Source: Sphagnum compactum
Lineage: Eukaryota
Length of the DNA: 64,000 bases
Direction of reading: 5' to 3'
Assembly (NCBI GenBank): GCA_965153455.1
Contig: OZ234493.1
Coordinates: 12,080,213 to 12,144,212, forward strand
A program made the translations under genes and the position numbers. This document shows positions 25,828 through 38,390 of this stretch, one piece after another; position 1 is the first letter of the stretch; each line of letters begins with the position of its first letter. The notes under the pieces are model-generated. The model had not been told where the DNA came from and did no database searches. It saw nothing but the letters and a program-made list of their open reading frames with translations.

Positions 25828-28800
25828 GGTATTACAGGTGAATTCAACTATTAGCAATAGATTTTGATGGTATATAATTTGTAAAAGAGGAGCATGACAT
25901 GTGACATTCATTGAAAATTTCCGTCGTGAATATGAATAGATCAAGCAAGCTTTTATTTCAAACCATTATGTAAATATGATCTTATTCAAAAAAATTAGAA
26001 TTATAATCACGAAGATCGATACTTGTGGATATGCCTTATACAATTGTAATAATAGTAACTAATGATGTTTGAAGGCAAACCTATTTACATTTAAACAATC
26101 ATATTACCGATGCAACAATGTCACCTACAGGAAATGTATTTTGGTCCATCTTTTTCTTCTTTTTTTCCTTTTTTTGTTTGTAATTATAATGTTTAATCTA
26201 TAATTGATTTACTTTAAACATTTGTAAAACTATCAATAAATTGTCAACTTTAAATCATGAGCTAATTCATAGCTAGGGTATTATTTTAGGGACAAAGGAC
26301 TTCAAGATTTTTTTTTCATTATTTATCAAACATAAAATTTATGAGGAGCAAATTTAAATGAGAAAAATTGAATAGTCCAAAATAAGATCATTTCTATCCT
26401 GGTGGTGGTTTTTCACATGCATGCATAGGTATTTGTGCATCAATGTTTTGATTCCAAAATTAAAATGGAATAAATGATTAAATAAACTTCTATAGGTAAC
26501 TTGACCATTTTATGGATGTAAAAACCCTCCACATTTAACTTGCATTTGGGGCTACAATTTCTAAACCCATTGAATACAAGCAACCAATGAAATGGCCCAA
26601 ATACCCTAATAGTCGAAAAGATGGTTCATTGGTGAACACCTTCCAACCAATAATCGTTCAATGATATATTAAAATTGAACAACAAGCTTTTAAAACTTGT
26701 GATTGGGGTTTTTTCACCTTCCATTTAGAGATGTCATTTTATGTTCGTTAATGGGCTTCAAAACTCCCTTATGTTTCCCCTCTTCATTTCATCTTTGTGT
26801 GTTGGTAATGGGTAATCATTCATCACATTCCTCAATTTTTCATTTTTAGAAGGGCATATTATGCCTATGCACTAGTGTTGTGTGGTTCTTCCTTTTTAAG
26901 AAAACCTATGGTCCCAATTTTGACATTGTACAAGTTATTTGCAAGCTTTCAAATTGAGCTTGATTCTTTCAATTTCTAAATCTTATGGCTCTAGTTCTAG
27001 CATAGTTTTTCAAATTCAAGAACCTTTACGCTTGGTTCAAAAACCAAGTCCAATTCCATATATACACACTACACATTACCCATCTAATGCTAAAAATTGT
27101 ATGGATACAACGTTTTACAACAAATTAAAATAGAATTTTATAGGTGTAGAGTTTTTTAACTAGTTAAAATAATTATAAAATTTGACATACCTAACAACTT
27201 TTCAAAAAAATCAAATGATTTTATGTACAAGAATGTTTTCTCATGATTCCGATTTTGGTTCTAGATTTAGCAAAATAATAGTTCATGCTTTGATTCTTAT
27301 GCCAAAAACAACAAAAGGGTGCTAACTAGAGTTTGAATCACAAGAATCTAGACTTGAACCCCTAGATTTAACCCTCCAAACTAGATATTCTCACAACATT
27401 GCTATGCACGAAGTGTTTTTTATTGTAAGTGAAATTCTTTGAAACAAAATCCATGTCATTTGGTAAAAGGAGGGATTTTTTTGCATATGAAGTTTTGCAT
27501 GTCTAACTATGAAATGCATTTTAGTTTGCACATCAATATACATGTTCACAAGATGTTGAACTATTTTTTTCGAAACCCGCCCCCCCCAACTTTGGGAGAT
27601 CGTATTTTGCTCATTTTAAACCCCAAGATAAGTTTATAAATAACAATAGGGGTCCCAAGTCCAGGGCTACCTAAACCCTTTGAAACTCTAGGATTTAAAA
27701 ATGATGGGAGAGTGAACACATTCTCTCTCCAAGTTTAAATGTTCATTCATTGACTTATTACCCTATGTTGGTATATATGAAAACTTGGGGCCGACACTTG
27801 CACAATTTATGACATACGATTTGATCAAAGCTTAAAATGTCACAAGTCATAAACATGAGAAAAAATGAAAATTTACCTTCACACTATTTTGGGTGTGTCC
27901 AATTTTCACATAATTATTTTGTGATGGGGAAAAAAACTTTGGGTGTGTTTTGAGGGGAATTTCACATCGTGGCAACCCCCAAAAACATCTCTTGCAAATT
28001 GTACAAATGGTTTATTAGGGAAAAAATCCACAAAGGTCGTTATATTTTGAAGAAAGAAAGGTCAAAAGTTGATGTCATTGCATCCTTGGCAATCACTACA
28101 ACATTGCAAGATTCTTTACAAAATCTACTTTCCTTTCTAACCTCTTGCCCCATTTTGTTCATTCCCCTCTTTTGGAGGATGGTCAATTCATGACTTGACC
28201 AAAAAAAAATTAACCCATGTAATAGGTAATATGTACCCATAATCTATAAACAAATTTTTTCCAATTCAAAATTATTTAGTCCACATTCAATATTTATTTA
28301 ATCCTAATTCAAATTTTGCTTGATCATAGCTCAAATTCCCCCTTTTATTATTTCCCAAATATTGCTTGCTTAGTCATACTCAAGTTTTTTTGTTTAGTCT
28401 TATTCCAAATTTGGCTTAATCATAGTTCAAATTTTCCTTTTCCCTAATTCAAAGTTGCACATTCAAGTATGTTATCTTGAAATTTTAGGTTTTCAAAGAC
28501 AAAGTTGAAATTTGTTGGGCACTAGTTGTTGATTCGAAAAACAAACAAAACACAACCCCATTAGTTGTGGTAGAAAATTTTCAAAAATGATAAAAGGCTT
28601 TGCAATATGGGGCAAGGACTCCAAGGAGGGGAGGAAGGAATGGAGTGAGATCTAATGAACCTATGAATAGACCCATGGTTGGATCTTGACCAACAAATGT
28701 CAAATCTAACCACCACCCCCCTTGCTCCTTTGCTACATTTCTTTGTGTTTTGCTTTCTTTGTTATTTCTTTGTTCCTTTCTGGCCAATTTTGATTGAACA

Positions 28801-30273
28801 TTTTAGGGTTAGTTTAGGTGGTTTGGGTATGGGTTGCCATTGTTAGTTTTGAATTCAGTTATTTACTTTATGCTACTTGATAATGGTCCATGATTCTCTC
28901 TTTCCTTCCCTTTACTAGATTTATTTTGTTTCCTTTTCAAAAAAATTGTGTGTCTAACACCTTCTTATGTACCAAAATAGGTTGAATTATGTGTAACCAA
29001 ATTGTGGGTTCATGTATTCTCCCAATCCATTGGAATTCATTTGTGTTGAAGTTTTTAAGTTTAGGGCAGTTCAGTATATTGGGTTGCTTCATCTCCTTTG
29101 TCACTTGAATAGTAAAGGAGGTGTAAAACACCAATTATTATTACAAAAAAAATAAATTTGTGAGGTTTCATAGTGACATCAACATTTGTCTAAGCTAGTG
29201 TTTCCTCATTGTAATTATTTTTTTCTTCATATATTTGTGGTATTTGATCATGGTTTGATGTTGTTGTTTATGGCCATGAAACCTCGTAAGTTGAAATGTT
29301 GCATCATTATCTTCAATTAGTTGGACTTGGGTTGTAGAAGAAATGTGGCCTCTATTGTTTGGATGTTGAAACCAAACGTCACCCCCGTGATACCCATTAT
29401 CAAGCATTAATTAAAGTTCAATCAAATTTTGTGTTGTGGTTCGTGTTTACTTTTTGGTCAAGATGGAAAACTAAGAATGGAATTTTATGTGTTAAATCTT
29501 ACTTATTGGGGCATTGACAATGGCAACGTATTCTCATATGAAGTGACCCCTTGGAGAACGGGTGTTTCAATGTAGTGCTCCAAACCGCAAGTATGTTAAA
29601 TCTCAAGATATCGCCAATTTACACCCAAAACATTTGTGACTAGATGATATACTTAAGGGATTGGACTCAAGTGTATTTGGCATCATTATATGTATGTGCA
29701 AGATGGATGTTTCAGTGCGGTTAGCTAGCATTATGGAAATTGTAATATGAAGCATACAATAATTTGTAAAGAAAAGTTTACACAAATGCACAATCCATTT
29801 GAAGCAATATAATTTTTGAGTTGTCATAAATTAGGGTTGAATCATGGTGTGCATATTGAATTAAAGTAGATGTTGAATTATGATTCTTCTATCATGTGAT
29901 GAGGGTGGAAAATGTCATTTTGCCAAATGACAATGTCCCCCCGATCCCTCATCACATGATAGAACATTTGTCTTAGATCCAATGAAAGAAATGCACACCT
30001 TCACATTTGTTATGTCGATCTTGAAACAATGCTTCTTCATATGCGGAAGAAATGCATTTTGAAGTATCACAACCACTAAGAAATCACCATGAGCAAGTAG
30101 ATTCAATGTTTTTATTTAATAAAAATAATGTGCATTAGGCCATCACCTAATAATCTATTGATGTCATCTCCTAAGAGTTTTTGTTGATTGATCATGGATG
30201 GAGAAACGTTATTGACCCCCCCAAAGAAGATGGGTTTAGTTGGATACAATTCTAGTTGGAGAATTTTGGGAAA

Positions 30274-31722
30274 ATGCGGGGCCAACAACAAACTAAAAAC
30301 ACTACTACTCGTAGTGTGGTTGCCTTTTACACTCCCCAAACAAGCCCGGGTTCTCACCACTTATTGGATCGAGATTATCGAACTAGCTACACATCGTCGC
30401 TACCATATGTTCAAGAAAGTTGGGAAACTCCTCCTAGTGTCTCTCATGACTTTCTAGCGGCGAACATTGTGAGGGATGAAGATTGGGATGTGCGTGCTCA
30501 TAACAAGTAAGCTCAACACATTATTGTTCCAATTTTCATGTCTAAATATGCATGGTGGCTTTTTTTTTCTTTTTTTTTAAAAACAAAATACTTGTGATTG
30601 CTTTTAATTAAAGCAATTTATTTAGTCATGAACAATGCCTTGGCTCAACCAAATTCCAAGGTCAAATGTGAATAATGATTATTTATGTCTCTTGACCTAA
30701 GTTCAACAATGGGTGCGTCACACTAAATTCCAAGGTTGCCATTTACATTTTAAAAAAAAAGGTATCTTGAGGCAAAAGATGAATTATGAAAACTCAAAAT
30801 ATTTCACCGTGCAAAAATATAATCTTCAAAATAGTCTTCTAAAATAAAGAAACCAAAATCCTTCAAGATATTATTATAACTCTATTATAACTAAAAATCT
30901 CAAGTTTCAACACAAGCCAAAATATCATCATCTTTCAAAAATCCTCATATAATAAAAATAGACCTATTATTATTATTATTACATAGGGGCCTATAAAAAA
31001 TCCCTTAAGCGATTGAGTATACTCTATAATGAATCTAAACACAAAAATCCTTTTGCCTTGGTAGCTAGCAAGGCCAATAATAATTAATTAATTCATACAT
31101 TTTCAGATTTCTATTTTACATACAAAAAAAAGGGAAAAACACTTCCAATTGCAAATTGCAGGCGCGTTAATGTATCGGAGTACATTACAGGGGAAGCGGT
31201 GGTTGTGCGATGCAATCAACACAAGTGGTTATTTGGCACGATCAAAAGGCTTTCAGCGCGAGGGGTGCGAGTATGGGTGGGCGACGCCCAACTAATGGTG
31301 AATGTTCCGATGGAATTATTGCAAACACATTTGTTAAAGATGTCGGTGTTCCTAGAGCTCACTTCGCTACCACCACAATCGAAGAAGCCTATGTTGAGAA
31401 TGGCAAGGATGGATGAATTAGGTCCAATGGATGAATTAGGACGAGCTTTGGTCCAATGTGTGCGGCCTGCACATCTCTCACATCGTCAACTTTACCAAAT
31501 GATGGGAAACAACAACAACAACCATATTTGTGTTATTTGCAGGTATTATTTAACTCATAAAATTAAGTGTTAATCATCATTTCATTAAATGAGTTGTGTT
31601 TTCTAACAATTGCAACCATCATCATCTTAATTTTAATTCCTTTCTTAAATTAATTAATGACCAATAAATTGAAAAAAAAATTCCAACTCTTCCTTAATTA
31701 ATGATGGACAATAAAATTGTAG

Positions 31723-31759
<37 letters not shown>

Positions 31760-33299
31760 CTCTCTCTCTCTCTCCATTCCTAAATATAATTTGCATCCAT
31801 ATCATTTTTGGCCTTTCCTTGGTAGGTAAGGATATTGTGTTTAAATTCATTAAAAATTATATAGTAGCTTAATGGATTTTTATAGGCCCCTATGTATATA
31901 TAATAGGTCTATATTTATATGAGGATTTTTGAAAGATGATATTCTGGCTTGTGTTGAAACTTGAGATTATTAGTTATAAAATTATAGTATTTTGAAGGAT
32001 TTTGGTTTTTTTTTAATTTTTTTTTAAAGGATTTTTGAAAGATTATATTTTTGCATGGTGAAATAGTTGAGTTTCCATATTTCTTCTTTTGCCTTAAGAT
32101 TATTTTTTTCATGTAAATGGCAAGGCCACAATAATAATGTGACACACCCCTTTGTATTGGGTTTTTCTTCCAGAGAGCAATTGCCACCAAAAGATGTAAT
32201 AAGCCCATGGGGATGTCTTCACCTCTGTCATTTGACATGCCTTCAAGAATCCCAAGCACATCATAATTTAACCTCAAATTGCCCTTTATGTGAGGAGAAT
32301 GTTGCAACCCACCAGCTCTTGGTTCCAAAGTCTCAAATCCCAACAACATCAGCCCCTACCAACATAAGTATTTTGGAACCTTGTGTTGAGCTTCCAAAAG
32401 AAGGTCCATGCACATACATGTGGAGATCTATCCAAGGCATGAGCTCCCTACCCATAGCTTGTCCCTCTTGCCATCAATCCTTGCCAAATAATAACATGGT
32501 GATGCCAACTACTACTACGTCACAAGGGGCATTGGGTCCTATGCCTTTGGAGCTAAAGGTTAATGCTCGATTCAAGGGCGATCGTGTTAGTAGCTTGATC
32601 TTGTATAGCTCTCCTTCAAGCTCCATTGATCCAAAAAATTTGGACCATGCGAACCCAACTTTCATACCCCAAGAAGGTGATGTTGTGGGTACTATTGTTG
32701 TATATAGTTCACCATCGGACCTTGCTCCTCAACCAATTTCTTTGCCTGTCAGGTTTCCCCTTGCCTCTCTCATTGACACATAACCCTTTGTTGTGATCAA
32801 AGATGTCATTAACTAAGTAGGCAATTAACCTACTTGGGTTTCACACATCAAGGAAACTTGGGTATTATTAAATGGGCAAACATTTTGTGTTTTGGTTTTC
32901 AGATTGCAAGCAATTGAAGAAGTCCCAAAGATTTTGTTACAATCATCATCATCAAACATAGATGATCTCAAGGGAAGAAGAGGACACCAAGGCATGGAAA
33001 AGGGTAGTCTATTTAACAAAGAATTAGAGGCATCCAAAATTGGACCATTCTTGCCACAACCTACTTTTGTGAACCATTTCCCTATGTTTTCAAACCTTGC
33101 CCAAAATGCTTCATCTTCCACAAGAATTTTTGCTAAAATGAATGGGGAAGATGTAAGTACATTAGAAAATTCAAATGAATTGGCTCCTGTTTGGGTAACC
33201 GTCATCAAAGATGGGCAAGATGCAAGAAATGTTTTGATTGGCAAAAAGGAGTTGGAGCAATTTGTGAAAGTGAAAGAGCTTGAATTCACACACAATTGA
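30274..33299 (+). CDS. Putative RING-H2 E3-ligase-like protein with an N-proximal Tudor/SH3-like segment, 4 exons, 529 aa
   Basis: Exons 30274-30506 (AA|GTAAGC), 31162-31542 (TTGCAG|G ... AG|GTATTA), 32174-32752 (TTCTTCCAG|A ... AG|GTTTCC) and 32903-33299 (GTTTTCAG|A). Three phase-2 GT-AG introns join four separately open frames into 1590 nt with no internal stop. The exon 2/3 join creates CVIC-x14-CLH-LCH-LTC-x13-CPLC, matching the RING-H2 consensus. The start ATG is uncertain and upstream exons are possible. Confidence 0.8.
30711..31077 (+). repeat. Repeat family A, copy 2 (intron 1 of the RING gene; left arm of the inverted repeat)
   Basis: Runs from GGGTGCGTCACA to AAGGCCAA and aligns along its length with the reverse complement of 31808-32149. 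Confidence 0.9.
31808..32149 (-). repeat. Repeat family A, copy 3, inverted (intron 2 of the RING gene; right arm of the inverted repeat)
   Basis: Reverse complement shares identical blocks AATCTCAAGTTTCAACACAAGCCA, ATCTTTCAAAAATCCTCATATAA, TACATAGGGGCCTATAAAAA and TTGCCATTTACAT with 30711-31077. Confidence 0.9.
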
Positions 33300-34597
33300 A
33301 TTGGTATTGATTTTTGTTCATATGGCAATTTTGTTAAATATTGGTTGTTAGTGTAAATCATTAACACTTTCTATCGAGTTTCATTCTCAAGGTCTGTAGG
33401 ATTCTTTCAATTTTCTATTGCACTTTTCATTGCTAATCTTTGACATGGGTTTGTGTTGTGGATGTGTTGTGATTGGTTGGCCACAAACTTAAAAATAAAA
33501 TGAATATTTTCAATATATGAAAAGTTGCAAAGTTTGTTTATGTTGACTCTTGTGATTCTTGCCACAACTCTGGACATTCTTCTTGACAAGTGCATTGGTA
33601 GAAAGCTTTGTGCACCCAAGTCTCATCCTAACCTCAATTTGCCATAGTCTTGTGTTACCCAAAATTTTGGCAGAGCAAATTGAGTTACTATGTTAAATGT
33701 CATTCCCTGCTTAAGAATACTATTTGTGGTCCACACATCATGTGAAAGAATAATCAACCATGATTTGTTTAACTAACCTCTTGCCACTATTTATGATAAC
33801 TTTAAAAGTCCAAATCCTTAGCAAAATTTTATTGCAAATCACCCTTCACACTAACTCCCATAATTAATGTTGGTGTGCAACAACACAACAAATTGTTTGA
33901 ACACTCCTATGTCCCACAAAATTTTGGAAAAGAGTCAAAAGCTTGAGGTTAATACATTTTTTTTTTAAATCCATCCATTCCAAAGGAGAAGGAAGTTAGA
34001 AGAGAAAGAAGAGAAAGGCTCACAATTAGGGGGGAATGTCCATCCATTCCAAAACCATTCCAAATCCGAAGGAGGTTGAAGGGGGGGAGGAGAAAAAAAA
34101 AAGGGTCCATGCCCCATTCCAAAGGACTAAGAGGTTGAAAGGAGAAATTTTTTGGGGTCAAATTGATGGAAAGGAGGAAAAGGTTGGAAAAGAAATAAGC
34201 AATTATTCACCCATTCCACAAGAGGAGGTTGGCAAAAATGTGAGCAAAAATTATAAGGAGAAATGATAAGTTTGTAAGTATGTTTGTGTACAAGTGGTAA
34301 AGCCCAAAGCAAGGGCATTACCAAAATAAGGGCATGCGCAAGGTGATAGTCAAATGCAAGCCCAATTTCAATGATGCCATTGTCTTTGGGCTTTATTTGG
34401 CTTGAAAATAAACCCATTGAAGTAAAGGAACAAAATGGAATTGCTTATTCAAAAAACAAAATGTGCCTCCTCTCCTTTGAGAATTTTTTTTGTTTTATAA
34501 TGTTACTTCCAAATACACTAATTTTTTTCTAGGAGGTATTTATGTAAAGGGAGAAAGTAGAACTGTAGGTAGGTACAAAGTCCTCATATACATAAAT

Positions 34598-36020
34598 ACC
34601 CTCACCTACCATGTGTACGATCCTGTCTACTGTCATGTGATGGTGATTATCATTTGCGACATGCAATCTAAAGACACAAGTGTTCAATGTGTCTTATGGT
34701 GAAAATTGAACAAGGTGATGTCGAAAAAAATGTTATTAATACAAACTTCAAGGGTTTCATGGCCAACAATGTTCAAGCCAATTTGAACGCAATACGAAAC
34801 ATGTATGATAATGGGGATCCCAATGAACCCATGGTCAATAGGGAGGGAACATGTTACTTCCATTAGACTCAATCTATGGACATACACACAAAACAACAAA
34901 TCAAACTAGAGATGTGTGAACAACACAAAACCTTATGTTATGAATATAAAAATGCCACCTCATTGGAAGAAACAAATGTTCACTATGTAACTGTTTAGTG
35001 TTGGTGGTATTCCTCGAGGGCTACAAATGTAGCTAGGCTTCAAAAGTTGAAAAATTGGTTCAGTTTCTAACACATTCATGTCAAACAATGGGGAGGCTTT
35101 ATGATACATATAATTTTCCCATCCCTCCTTCGCATTTTCCATCCCATCATGTTTTCATGGCTTGGTTACAATATGTTAGAATTAATTTAAAATGACGTTA
35201 ACAAACATATATTATGTTTTATAGAAATTCATTTTGAAGAAACTTGCAAACATGCCCACCTAGAAACCTCTCAAAAACAATGCATAACATATGGCTTCAA
35301 TAATTAAAAAAAAGGGGAGCTTCCTTGTACACTACAACTTTTGATGATCTTATATTTGAATTTTCAAGCCAACAATATTGTACTACCATTTTAAGAAGGG
35401 TGGTTCATTGGGTCAAGGGCTTAATAAAGTGAACCTCTTTTGCGTAAAGAAACTCAATCTAATGACCATGAGCGACTTGCAAACACAATTCTGAAACATG
35501 CATCAAGCTCATCTTTCACAACTAAAATCACACACATGGAAGGGGACAAGATCTTTGGCTTTTATGAATGAAAGCCAAACTTGTTCGAAAATCAGAAAGG
35601 GATTCACATAAGTAGGATTGTGTCAATTTTTCTTGCCCACATGTCAACACCCAAACATGAAGATTGGATGTGAAAATTGAGCAGCCTTCCTTTAGCGTTG
35701 ATTAGTATGAAGTTGTGGATATCATCGATGGAGGTGTTGAGGTCTTGGAAGTTATGTGTAAAAATGGAATGTGGCATATAAATTGATGTCCCCCTACAAT
35801 GTACATACAATGTTTAACATTGCAAAAAACCTACCAACCATGCATTCTTTCACCATAAGGATAAATACAAAGTTGACTGAATGACATGAATCATTACATG
35901 AAGGGTACAAAACATAAGTACGCATTGATAGACCAACGGTTCTATCTATTTGGCATGTGCAAAAAAAGACCAATCTCTCACAAGATGAAGTGAAATCTCT
36001 TGAAGAAAAAGGTTTTGTTT
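34598..36020 (+). mobile_element. Decayed Mutator-like (MULE) transposase remnant
   Basis: Translation across stops and frameshifts gives HVYDPVYCHVMVIIICDMQSKD, FKGFMANNVQANLNAIRNMYDNGDP...TCYFH* (MULE CxxH position), WWYSS...QWGGFM and TNLSQDEVKSLEEKGF. Confidence 0.65.
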
Positions 36021-36879
36021 TCAATAAATGACAATCTTTCTTTCCTCAAAATCTATTCGGTGGGGAAAATTTCATTCCAATAAATCAACCAATAGATGCA
36101 ATGTCATGGCTCACAACACAAAATGCGAAGGTTGTTTAACACACACTGCCATTTATGATGTCAAAACAACATTACAATCGGTGGGAGGCTAATCAGCTTC
36201 TTATACCAATTTTCAACCCACCATTGGAGGTTTTTACTATTAGATATGGATGAATATACAAGATTTTATGTGGTGAAATTTCAAGCAAGAGGCAATATGA
36301 AATTAGTTTCATTATTTGCATTTGCATGTATATTGCGACTAGGATTTCAAGTTTATTGGGGAAACAAGGACATGGGTCTCATGTAAACACATGTACTATG
36401 TATTATAACATGTCATGTTTTGTGGGTAGTTTGGAGATTTCATTCATTTCCTGAATTGGAGTTGTGATGAAATTTGTCAATTGTTGGTTTGTTTTGTAGT
36501 TTCTACATAGGTAGGAATAATAATAAAAAAATGACACCAAAAATTGTAAAATATATATTTTCCATTGTAACATTTAAAATGATGCAATGTGTTTCGCTCC
36601 AAGGCCAAAAATTGTGCCAATTGGTACTATTTTGATTTAGTATGTTTTGATCTGTTAAAGGATTAAATTATATAATGTTGATTCATAAATTTGATAGGTA
36701 TGAATCATGTTTCATTATGTGAAAAATCACACATCAAATTGAATGTGTTAATTAAATGTTCACTAATAATGCACAACACCATATGGGGTGGTTTAATCAC
36801 TTCCTCCTATTATTATTATTAAACAAAGTTAAAAGAATATTATTTATGTAATTAGAATGCTCCATTGATGCAAATGGAA

Positions 36880-38390
36880 AAAAATTGGCATGTAGACAAG
36901 ATATTTTATATACGTGGCAAGAATATTCCAAAAAGATTTTCTTGCATTCACAATAATGAACTTCACATGCTCACTTGGTAGCTACATTATTTCAAATATT
37001 ACGGAGTTTATCCAAACATTCAATAGATTCAAAACAACATTCCATATTTAAGCAAATATCAACACAATTAAACCACAAATGTTTATGAACACCTTTAAAG
37101 GATTGAAACATGCCACATTTATTCTATAAAAACAAGGAAATAATTGTTCATAATGACTTTAATATTATTTTTAAAAGTTGAATTTTTATCATTGAAGTTA
37201 AACATGTTCATCATTTAATACTCTCCATACATAATTTTACTAAACAATTTGAAAATGAAATCGTACATATACACGTCAAATAGAGCATGTTTATTGAGCT
37301 AAATTGCAAAGAATTATGCAAACAATGATGGACTTGTACATGGAATTTCAATGTTTTATTCTAACAGAGTTTGTGAACAAAAAACCATAAACTTAATTTA
37401 CACACATTCATTTTTGAATACAAACAATGGAATTCAACCAAAACAAACACCCATAGAAGTTATTGTTAAAGAAATAAGATTCTAGACAAATGCCATACCC
37501 ATTTCATGATTATAATTTTCAATTTAGTTGGCTATTACTTTAATGATTCATCAAGCCCAAGGGTTATTGTTAAATGAAATGTCACTTGACCCTACCTTTA
37601 TCACCAAAACATGGACTTGCCTCTACAACCCTTTCTCATGTCCATACAAAAGAAAATTGAATCCCTTAACCTTCTACAAAATTCAAAATATCCATGCCCA
37701 TGAATTTGTCACCTCGTGATTGAAAGAAATAGTTCATCGTTATTGGAGACCATTTCTTCCAACATTAAAAGGACAGCTTCACTTTTGCATTATCATTCAA
37801 ACCCTTGACATTTATTTGTTGAATTGACACTAGTAGGATGTTTACAATGTAATTTGTGAACATACCACAAATCATAATACTATGTCTTCAAGAAACAAGA
37901 ATTGAGCCATACATCACCCTGGTAAACAAAAAAAATAATGTATCAAACCTTTAGGAACACACAATCACGCATAAGTATAATTAACTTTTTATTCAAGGAA
38001 AACAATTAAACATGTTGGTTTGGAATTTATTGTAGTTACTTTTAATACTAACATTAAGAAAGCCATATAAATAAATTTTCCATATATATATATATATATA
38101 TATGTTACATTTCATGAATATAGCACCAACTTCATGTCCCCCAATTGTTTTAGGTGATTTCAACATTGGCATGTAAACAACCCTAATGTGGTTAGCGTAA
38201 TTTTCGACTACTACAACTTTTTAAATTTATGACCACATTGAACATGTCAAACATTGTACTCATATTTGCATAATAAAGAATGTTTCATTATTTGATCATA
38301 CAAGGACAAATGTCTCAACTTTTGAATTGTTTACAAGCACATATTAGAAGCATACAAACCAAATTATCATAAACCATTATATATTCCATG
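36880..38390 (+). mobile_element. Decayed Helitron remnant: PIF1-like helicase followed by an APE-like endonuclease (Helentron-type)
   Basis: Motifs in the expected order. Helicase: PHLFYKNKEIIVHN (~37113), NYANNDGLVHG (37312), LAITLMIHQAQGLLL then HGLASTTLSHV (37528-37640, helicase motifs V/VI). Endonuclease: ILCLQET (37877), IVLGDFNI (38144), SLFDH (38285), YHKPLY (~38365). Many stops and frameshifts. Confidence 0.75.

Noticed and set aside
30711-32149. Pack-MULE interpretation: long TIRs capturing a foreign gene fragment
   Set aside because: No 8-11-bp TSD is visible, the arm sequence also occurs solo elsewhere, and the enclosed exon supplies half of a RING finger completed outside the repeat, so it is native to the gene.
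32825-33367. 180-aa minus-strand ORF
   Set aside because: Antisense shadow of exon 4 of the RING gene; no recognisable motif.
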